DNA of 64,000 nt from an uncultured Paenibacillaceae bacterium. GTDB taxonomy: Bacteria > Bacillota > Bacilli > Paenibacillales > CALAME01. Shown piece after piece: positions 57,373 through 64,000 of this stretch. The position numbers and the translations under genes were made by a program. The notes beneath the pieces are model-generated. The model was not told where the DNA came from. It did not search any database and was given only the letters and a program-made list of their open reading frames with translations. The stretch spans positions 6,261 to 70,260 of the forward strand of contig CALAME010000002.1 of the NCBI GenBank assembly GCA_937925675.1, given 5' to 3'. Position 1 is the stretch's first letter; every line of letters begins with the position of its first letter.

Positions 57373-58992
57373 TCAGACTCCGTGCAACACGTACTGGGCA
57401 ATATTTTTTGAATGGTCGCCCATCCGCTCCAGATTGCTTAACATATCGACAAATATAGCGCCGGAGTCACCTGTACACAAATGCTTGTTCAAACGCTGGA
57501 TATGGTTTTTGCGAAATTCCCTTTCCATCGAGTCAAGCCGGCTTTCGTTTTCCAATACTTTTTGAGCCAGATCATGATCCTGATTTTCCAGCGCTTTGAT
57601 CGCGTGAGCGATCGTCTCGTCCGTCAGTTCGATCATCGTACGCAATTCGTTCAAGGCTTCTTCCGAAAAATCGACTTTTTTCTCAATGGACGTTTCCGCC
57701 AATTCGACAATGTTTTCTGCATGGTCGCCGATCCGTTCCAGATCGTTGATCGTCTGCATCAAAATCATCGCTTTTCCTGATTCCTGCTGGTTGAGCGAAT
57801 TTTGCTGCAACTTGACGATATATTCCATAATTTTTTTGTCGAGATGATTGATCAATTCCTCTTTCTGAAATGCATGATCCCTCAGCTGCTTATCGCGTCC
57901 GAAAAAGTATTTGGCCGCATCGTCAAGCATCTCCCGAGCCAGTTCGCCCATGCGGATAATTTCATGCATAGCTTGTCCAAGCCCAACGGACGGGTTCGTC
58001 AGCAAACGTTCGTCCAGATACTTGGGCCCGAATTCCAGCTGCTTCGTTTCCCCGGGGACAAGCTTGGTGACGATCAGTGCCAATACCGATACAAACGGAA
58101 GCTGGATGAGCATATTCATGGCATTGAAGAAACCGTGCGCATATGCGATCTGCATGCGCAAGTCCGCGCCCGTTTTCTGACCGAGCCAAGCAATGAGCGG
58201 ATGCACCAGATCGAGCAGCAAAACAAAAATGATCGTTCCGATCACGTTGAATATGACGTGAACAAAAGCGGCGCGTCGAGCTGCGACAGATGCGCCGATC
58301 GCAGCCAGTACAGCGGTGATGGTTGTGCCGATATTGTCACCGAACAATACGGGTAATGCAGCCCTGAGTTCGATCATCCCTTCGGAAGCAATCGTCTGCA
58401 AAATCCCGATCGTAGCGGTTGAACTCTGGACGATGGCAGTAAAGACCGTTCCGACAAGCACGCCTAGCAGCGGATTCGAGGACAGCTCAATAATAAAGTC
58501 GGAAAAGATCTGTAAATCTTTCAGCGGCTTTACACCCGATCCCATCGTCTTCAAGCCGAGAAACAGGAGGCCGAAACCGAAGATCGATTGGCCGACATAG
58601 GCGTAGATCCTTTTCTTTTGAAAAAAAAGAAGCAGTACACCGAGCGCAATAATCGGCAATGCATACTCTTCAATCTTGATCCCGATGATAAAGGCGGTTG
58701 CCGTTGTACCGATGTTCGCCCCCATGATTACGCCGATCGATTGCCTAAGTGTCATCAATCCGGCGTTGACAAGACCGACGGTCATGACGGTTGTGGCGGA
58801 TGAGGATTGGACCAAAACGGTGACCACAATCCCGACAATGACGCCTTTGACCGGGTTGGAAGTGTATTTTTCGAGCAGACTCCTCATCCTGTCGCCCGCC
58901 GTTTTTTGCAACCCTTCGGACATCGATTTGATCCCGAACAAAAAAAGTCCGAGCCCGCCGACAAATTTAAACAAAATATCGAGCCAGTCCAT
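57373..58992 (-). CDS. Na/Pi cotransporter family protein with C-terminal PhoU-like domains
   Basis: The sequence contains MDWLDILFKFVGGLGLFLFGIKSMSEGLQK…. The C-terminus has duplicated …ERIGDHAENI… / …ERMGDHSKNI… motifs. Confidence 0.9.
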   Translation of the reverse strand: MDWLDILFKFVGGLGLFLFGIKSMSEGLQKTAGDRMRSLLEKYTSNPVKGVIVGIVVTVLVQSSSATTVMTVGLVNAGLMTLRQSIGVIMGANIGTTATAFIIGIKIEEYALPIIALGVLLLFFQKKRIYAYVGQSIFGFGLLFLGLKTMGSGVKPLKDLQIFSDFIIELSSNPLLGVLVGTVFTAIVQSSTATIGILQTIASEGMIELRAALPVLFGDNIGTTITAVLAAIGASVAARRAAFVHVIFNVIGTIIFVLLLDLVHPLIAWLGQKTGADLRMQIAYAHGFFNAMNMLIQLPFVSVLALIVTKLVPGETKQLEFGPKYLDERLLTNPSVGLGQAMHEIIRMGELAREMLDDAAKYFFGRDKQLRDHAFQKEELINHLDKKIMEYIVKLQQNSLNQQESGKAMILMQTINDLERIGDHAENIVELAETSIEKKVDFSEEALNELRTMIELTDETIAHAIKALENQDHDLAQKVLENESRLDSMEREFRKNHIQRLNKHLCTGDSGAIFVDMLSNLERMGDHSKNIAQYVLHGV

Positions 58993-59209
58993 GCGCGTAA
59001 AATCCCCCTCTGTATGTACGCCGGAAAGAACTCACCGGCATCCCTTCAACCCGGAGCTTGTCCTCTTTCGTCCGCTCCATATTATATCCAATCCCCGACC
59101 ATTTGAAAAGAAGATTCACAAAGACGTAATAAGCTTGCCAAACAGGCGCCGGTTCCTTTATCATATACGGATATATCAGAAATATAAGAGATATAAGGAG
59201 ACATGCCGG

Positions 59210-60097
59210 ATGTGGTTGCTGCTTGCTTTGGGATCAGCCGTTTTTTTCGGATTGCGCGGCGCATTGTACCAATGGACTTCGCAACAACCGATGGATCGCA
59301 ATTTGATGCTTTTGGGGGTCTACTTTACAGGAGCTTTTTTTTCCCTTGCTGCCGCCTTGCTATTGAACCAGCAATGGAACAGCGGAGCCCTGGTCGGCAT
59401 GTTGATGGGATTTTTTTCATTTATCGCCAATGGCTCCATGTACAAAGCATTCAGTGTCGGTAAAGCATCGGTCGTGGCCATCATCACCTCGCTGCCCCCG
59501 GTTGTGGTCGTGATTATCGCCTTTTTTGCCTGGAATGAAACCCTCAATCTGAATCAAGCGATTGCCTTCATCCTGATCATGGCGGGAACGCTGCTTGTCC
59601 GCTATTCCAGCGACCTGTCTGTCGATCAGCTCAAAGGAATGCATTGGGCGTTATTGGCTACGCTTTGTTTCGGACTTAACGATATTTTTTCCAAGCAGTC
59701 CACCCGAATGGACGCAGAGGTGTTTCCCGTTTTGTCCGTCATGTTTATGACCGGTTCTCTTCTGTTTTTGGCGGTATGGCTCAGAGAGCGAGCAAAGCGA
59801 AGAACCGTTCTTCCGCTCACCCCTGAAACGGTGGAACAAGAAAAGCGCAAATGGAGCATACCGGGAACTTTTTTCTGGGGGATGACCGTCGGCTTAACCA
59901 ACCTCGGCGGCATGATTTTGATCTGGAACGCTTTCAAAATCGGGGTAACCGGTCTTGTTTCTGCGGTGGTGGTCACAAACGTTCTCATTATTCTCCTATA
60001 TGCTCGTCTTTATCTGAAAGAAAAATTCCGTCCGTTCGAACTGATCGGTATGGGGCTGTCCATCGGCGGCATCGTGCTTTTGCACCTGCTTGGCTGA
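59210..60097 (+). CDS. EamA/DMT-family transporter
   Basis: It has 10 predicted TM segments. The ATG at 59210 follows AAGGAGA. The 534-nt upstream extension in the ORF track is antisense to the Na/Pi gene and is rejected. Confidence 0.85.
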   Translation: MWLLLALGSAVFFGLRGALYQWTSQQPMDRNLMLLGVYFTGAFFSLAAALLLNQQWNSGALVGMLMGFFSFIANGSMYKAFSVGKASVVAIITSLPPVVVVIIAFFAWNETLNLNQAIAFILIMAGTLLVRYSSDLSVDQLKGMHWALLATLCFGLNDIFSKQSTRMDAEVFPVLSVMFMTGSLLFLAVWLRERAKRRTVLPLTPETVEQEKRKWSIPGTFFWGMTVGLTNLGGMILIWNAFKIGVTGLVSAVVVTNVLIILLYARLYLKEKFRPFELIGMGLSIGGIVLLHLLG

Positions 60098-60120
60098 GCG
60101 GACAGCCCTTTATTTTTTCA

Positions 60121-61575
60121 TTAAGCGTGACTGTTTGTCCTAAGCTGCACATAATCCGCGAGCAGTCTTGCGCCGAACCCGGTTGCCCCTTTCGGTGTGT
60201 ACCCACTGTCGGAAGTCGCTTCCATCGGACCGGCCATGTCCACATGAGCCCAGCGCATGTCCGGATGCACAAACTTTTTCAGAAACAGCGCCGCTGTAAT
60301 GGCTCCGGCATACGATCCTTTGCCGATATTGGACGTATCTGCATAGGCGCTTTTCAACAATTCCTCATATTCTTCCTCAAGTGGCATATGCCAAATTTTG
60401 TCTCCGGAAGACTCTGATGCCCTCTTCAATGTCGCCACCAGATCATCGTCTCCCCAAACACCGGCGATTTTGGTCCCGAGCGATACGACGCAGGCTCCGG
60501 TCAAAGTAGCGATATCGACCGCTTCGCTTGCTCCGAGCGCATGGGCATGTATAAGCGCATCGGCAAGCACAAGCCTGCCTTCCGCATCTGTATTTCCGAT
60601 CTGCACGGTCGTACCATTTGAGTATGTGATCACGTCTCCCGGCAACAGGGCCTTGCCGTCAGGAACGTTTTCCGCCGCAGCCACCAGTGCGGTCACATTG
60701 GCCTTCAGCCCCGACTCCGCTATGATCTGCATCGCTCCGATCACAGCAGCCGCCCCGGACATATCGAGGCGCATATCGCTCAAATCCCGGCTTTTTTTCA
60801 GGCTGATGCCCCCCGTATCAAAGGTGATGCCCTTTCCGACGAGCGCAATCGGCTTTTGTTCCGCCTCTTTTCCGCGATAAGTCATGCGAATCATGACCGG
60901 CGGATTTTCACTGCCGCGTCCAACCGCAAGCAGCCCGTTCATCCTTAAAGACTCGAGCCGCTTCTGTTCATACACTTCCACCTCAATGCCGAGACCGGAA
61001 AGCTGAGTGGACGCGCGTTCGGCCAGATCCAAAGGCCTGAGCCCGTTTCCGGGTTCATTGGCGAGATTGCGAGCCAACGTTGTCCCTTTCGCGCGGATGC
61101 GTGCCCGTTTTAATGCTTCTTCAGCCGCTGACGTTGCCGCCATATCGAAGATCAGCTCACGTACGTGCGATTTCTTTTTATCGCTTTTATATTTGTCAAA
61201 CCGATATGTACCGAGCAACCATCCTTCCGTCCAGGCTCCGACAACATCGGCCCACCGCTGCTCATCACCACCCAGCCATGGTTTGATGCCATCGAATGAA
61301 ACGGTAACCCGTGCACACTCATGCTGTTCCACCGACCGTCCGGCTGCACCGGCGGCTCGCCGGACCGTTTCCATGTTCAGCCGATCGGACGCTCCGAGCC
61401 CGACGATCACGATATGCGGTTCTCCGCCGCGACCGTAAAACCAGGTGATGCTTCCCGCCTTGAGCATCCGCTCTTGAATGTCGATCCCTGTAAGCAATGA
61501 CAAATCCGGGTTGGGCTCAGCCAGCGGACAGATGATCGTGTCTGTTCGGGAATCCTGCGAAAGTTGAATATCCAT
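60121..61575 (-). CDS. pepA: Leucyl aminopeptidase (M17)
   Basis: It carries the M17 signature NTDAEGRLVLAD and VGKGITFDTGG. The ATG at 61575 follows AGGAGGA. Confidence 0.9.
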   Translation of the reverse strand: MDIQLSQDSRTDTIICPLAEPNPDLSLLTGIDIQERMLKAGSITWFYGRGGEPHIVIVGLGASDRLNMETVRRAAGAAGRSVEQHECARVTVSFDGIKPWLGGDEQRWADVVGAWTEGWLLGTYRFDKYKSDKKKSHVRELIFDMAATSAAEEALKRARIRAKGTTLARNLANEPGNGLRPLDLAERASTQLSGLGIEVEVYEQKRLESLRMNGLLAVGRGSENPPVMIRMTYRGKEAEQKPIALVGKGITFDTGGISLKKSRDLSDMRLDMSGAAAVIGAMQIIAESGLKANVTALVAAAENVPDGKALLPGDVITYSNGTTVQIGNTDAEGRLVLADALIHAHALGASEAVDIATLTGACVVSLGTKIAGVWGDDDLVATLKRASESSGDKIWHMPLEEEYEELLKSAYADTSNIGKGSYAGAITAALFLKKFVHPDMRWAHVDMAGPMEATSDSGYTPKGATGFGARLLADYVQLRTNSHA

Positions 61576-61679
61576 TTCACCATTCCTCCTTTTTGATCGA
61601 AACGGTTGTGCAAATCTCAAAACGTGTGTGCAAATAAAAACAGTCGGCTATTGCCAAAGCAAGAGCCGACCACGAGCGC

Positions 61680-62021
61680 TCAATGCAGAACGGCCGTCAT
61701 ATGTTCAACCGTGATCGCCCAATGCGAGGTGTTCCATACGACAGAACGTTTTTCATCGATATACATGATTTGCGGGGATTCATGTTTGACTCCGGTATCC
61801 TCAGCGATCCGGTTGGATACCGGACGGGATTCAATGACTTTCACCAGCACATAGTCAATATCTTCGCGCGGTGTCCCCGCCAAATATTGTTCGAATTCGT
61901 TGAGCGCATTGGAACTGACCGGGCATGCCGTGCTATGTTTGAAAACGATCAGCGGCTTGTTGCTGTTTTTATAGACTTCTTCCCATTCTTCGATCGTCGT
62001 CAACTCTCTCCATTTGGCCAC
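61680..62021 (-). CDS. ytxJ: Bacillithiol-system thioredoxin-like protein YtxJ
   Basis: …PLIVFKHSTACPVSSNA… is the TxxC monothiol motif, and the product is about 113 aa. The GTG at 62021 lies 6 nt after GAAGGGGGA. Confidence 0.8.
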   Translation of the reverse strand: MAKWRELTTIEEWEEVYKNSNKPLIVFKHSTACPVSSNALNEFEQYLAGTPREDIDYVLVKVIESRPVSNRIAEDTGVKHESPQIMYIDEKRSVVWNTSHWAITVEHMTAVLH

Positions 62022-62140
62022 CAGTATTCCCCCTTCTCTTCCCTTTATCCGTTTCCCTCTCAAACTTTACAGTACGGGGATTGTAAATCAACACCGTATA
62101 TTTATCATCATAGTATATTTCCGTACAAAATTCATCCCCA

Positions 62141-63016
62141 TCAGCCACCGTATTCGTAGGTTGGTGCTCCTTTTACATTCGTGCGAATCCGGAACAAACC
62201 GCCTGCGTGCGGCTGTTTTTCCAGTTCTTCGTCGCTGAGCCCGATCCTCGCTGTCGTAATGTACAGCTCATTTCCATCTTCACCGCCAAAACAGCAAGAG
62301 GTGACGTGAGCGGCCGGTACCGGAATTTCATCGAGCACACGTCCGCTGTTTGGATCGAAGCGCCATACTTTCCATCCTCCCCAGTGCGCCACCCAGAGCA
62401 TCCCTTCGGCATCGATCGTCATGCCGTCCGGGACCCCTTCTTCCCCAGGAAAGGAGATGACTGTACGGCGGTTTACAATCTGTCCGCTGTCTTTATCGAA
62501 ATCAAAAGCATCGATTCGCCGGGTCGGAGAATCAATATAATACATCGTCTTGTTGTCGGGCGACCAGGCGAGTCCGTTGGAGATGGTCACACCATCGAGC
62601 TTCTTTACGATTGTCCCGTCCTTCTCCAGCGTATAGAGGGCTCCGACCGGTCCGCCCCCTTTCATCGCCATCGTTCCCGCCCAAAAGCGCCCGGTCACAT
62701 CGCATTTTCCATCGTTGAAGCGGTTATCCGGTTTGTCTTCCTCCGGATCACCGAGCGGCGTGATCTGGCTGCCGTCTTCAGAGATGCGATAAAACCCATT
62801 TTGCATGGCGGCGATCAAGTCGCCTTCACGCGTAGGCACAACCGCTCCCACCGGTTGGTCGAGCTCGATCGTTTCGTTTTTTCCGGTTTGCGGGTCATAG
62901 CGATGAATCCGTTTGGACATAATATCGACCCAGTACAATTGCTTCTTCTTGGCATCCCAGCTCGGTCCTTCCCCCAGCACTGCTTTCGCATCGACAACGA
63001 GTTCCAGCTCACCCAT
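62141..63016 (-). CDS. SMP-30/gluconolactonase/LRE-family protein
   Basis: The sequence reads …LGEGPSWD…LYWVDI…NDGKCD…GR…NG..WSPD…. The ATG at 63016 is correctly spaced from GAAGGAG. Confidence 0.9.
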   Translation of the reverse strand: MGELELVVDAKAVLGEGPSWDAKKKQLYWVDIMSKRIHRYDPQTGKNETIELDQPVGAVVPTREGDLIAAMQNGFYRISEDGSQITPLGDPEEDKPDNRFNDGKCDVTGRFWAGTMAMKGGGPVGALYTLEKDGTIVKKLDGVTISNGLAWSPDNKTMYYIDSPTRRIDAFDFDKDSGQIVNRRTVISFPGEEGVPDGMTIDAEGMLWVAHWGGWKVWRFDPNSGRVLDEIPVPAAHVTSCCFGGEDGNELYITTARIGLSDEELEKQPHAGGLFRIRTNVKGAPTYEYGG

Positions 63017-63055
63017 TCCGATCATCTCCTTCTCTGATTTTAAAATATTAATTTT

Positions 63056-64000
63056 TCAGTAACCGGCCCAAAGGTTCACGACATTCAGGTCCGGTTTTAA
63101 TCCCTGTACGTAGCGACGCAAATTCGGTATGAAAATATCGATGACGCGATCGGTATAATGTTCGGTGCTGCCCGATATATGCGGTGTGATCAACACCTGG
63201 TCCATCGTCCATAACGGATGGCCGTCCGGGAGCGGTTCCGGATCGAAGACATCGAGACCAGCCCCTCCGATCCACCCTTGCTCTAACGCCCGCACGAGCG
63301 CTTCCGTATCGACCGTGCCGCCTCTGCCGATATTGACGAAGAAGGCGTTTTTTTTCATCGCCTTGAATTCCTTTTCACCAAACATTCCTGCCGTTTCAGT
63401 GGTCAGCGGCAACGTGTTCACGACATAGTCGCATAAAGGCAACATCTGCTCAAGCTCATCGTAGCGGTACATCCGATCGACATGAGGATCATCGCGGCCC
63501 GAGCGGCGGACGCCGAGCACGGTCATACGAAATGCCTGGGCCAGCCTGGCGATCTCGCTGCCGATCGCTCCAACGCCGATAACACCGAGCGTCTTTTCAT
63601 GCATCTCCGGTAACGGTTCCGGATCTTTGATCCAGCGCGCCTCCTTTTGCCTGCGGATATGGATATGAACGCGGCGCGTCCAGCTCAGCATCATCGCCAG
63701 GACGGTCTCTGAGATCGGATATGCGTGAACACCGCTTGAATTGGTGACCGTAATCTCCATAGCGCGCAGTTTCTCCAATGGCAGACGGTTGGCCCCCGCG
63801 GTCCAGAGATGAATCCATCGGGGTTTCGCTCGGCCGGATAACAGGAGTTCTTCGGCTTCCGTTCTCCATCCTCCCCAGATTTCTGCTTCCGCCAGGTGAT
63901 CTGTCCACGTCTCGGGTTCTTGACCATGGACGATCTCCCAGTCCGGGGCTTCCTTTCGAATACGCTCCACATGCGCAGCCGACAACCGCTGAAAAAAGAA
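63056..64000 (-). CDS. D-isomer-specific 2-hydroxyacid dehydrogenase, N-terminus outside the window
   Basis: The NAD site is GVIGVGAIGSEIARLA, with …NIGRG..VD… and …TPHISG…. The frame stays open to nt 64000. Confidence 0.85.
   Translation of the reverse strand, partial: FFFQRLSAAHVERIRKEAPDWEIVHGQEPETWTDHLAEAEIWGGWRTEAEELLLSGRAKPRWIHLWTAGANRLPLEKLRAMEITVTNSSGVHAYPISETVLAMMLSWTRRVHIHIRRQKEARWIKDPEPLPEMHEKTLGVIGVGAIGSEIARLAQAFRMTVLGVRRSGRDDPHVDRMYRYDELEQMLPLCDYVVNTLPLTTETAGMFGEKEFKAMKKNAFFVNIGRGGTVDTEALVRALEQGWIGGAGLDVFDPEPLPDGHPLWTMDQVLITPHISGSTEHYTDRVIDIFIPNLRRYVQGLKPDLNVVNLWAGY

Noticed and set aside
58676-59209. A 178-codon N-terminal extension of the EamA transporter ORF.
   Set aside because: The extension is antisense to the Na/Pi cotransporter gene and has no RBS. 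A well-placed AAGGAGA plus ATG at 59210 gives a normal-length DMT protein, and a TTGCCA-18-TATCAT promoter lies inside the supposed extension.
1-64000. Mobile elements, CRISPR arrays, tRNA/rRNA genes, and defence or toxin-antitoxin modules.
   Set aside because: I saw no transposase, integrase, recombinase, Cas, restriction or abortive-infection motifs in any frame. There are no spaced repeat arrays or long inverted terminal repeats, and all intergenic gaps are about 290 nt or shorter and do not fold like tRNAs. The window reads as core chromosome.

Overview
This 64-kb window looks like ordinary core chromosome of a moderately GC-rich Firmicute. The gene content is Bacillales-type: YtxJ, the XpaC-YaaN/TelA pair, a KinA-like multi-PAS kinase, a PdaA-like deacetylase, GGAGG-type RBSs and many TTG/GTG starts. 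The taxon is an inference. I call about 65 protein genes, tightly packed on both strands. I saw no rRNA, tRNA, CRISPR array, transposase, integrase or phage genes. Content in order: M29 aminopeptidase (partial), GGT, malate synthase G, a LysR regulator with a NitT/TauT-type ABC importer, a Gfo/Idh/MocA oxidoreductase with an AraC regulator, a DUF1537 kinase with PdxA2 (four-carbon acid-sugar module), NagA, and a HAMP-GGDEF-EAL protein. Next come histidinol phosphatase, an AKR, a lactonase, an arginine/proline catabolic cluster (putB-rocF-P5CDH divergent from rocD), and a TPP-riboswitch-controlled thiamin salvage operon. These are followed by XpaC-TelA, a block of conserved unknowns, a pairwise-fused 2-oxoacid:ferredoxin oxidoreductase, and a 1052-aa orphan PAS kinase. 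The last part holds YebC/M48/hydrolase, a deacetylase, a PilZ protein, FN3K with LMW-PTP, speE, patB, ung, a Na/Pi transporter, pepA, ytxJ, an SMP-30 lactonase and a 2-hydroxyacid dehydrogenase (partial). The one clear RNA element is the TPP riboswitch at about 30313-30450 (minus strand). There are three gene remnants: a frameshifted SDR, a 33-codon AKR stub and a VOC C-terminal stub. I did not find a convincing self-contained novel system such as a defence island. The best leads are an uncharacterised UDG-like gene stacked on ung, the unusual composition of the thiamin operon, the fused OFOR, several short tandem direct repeats at regulatory positions, and some tight gene strings of unknown logic. 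All family calls come from motif recognition by eye, with no searches run. Hairpin and repeat coordinates are good to about +/-2 nt.
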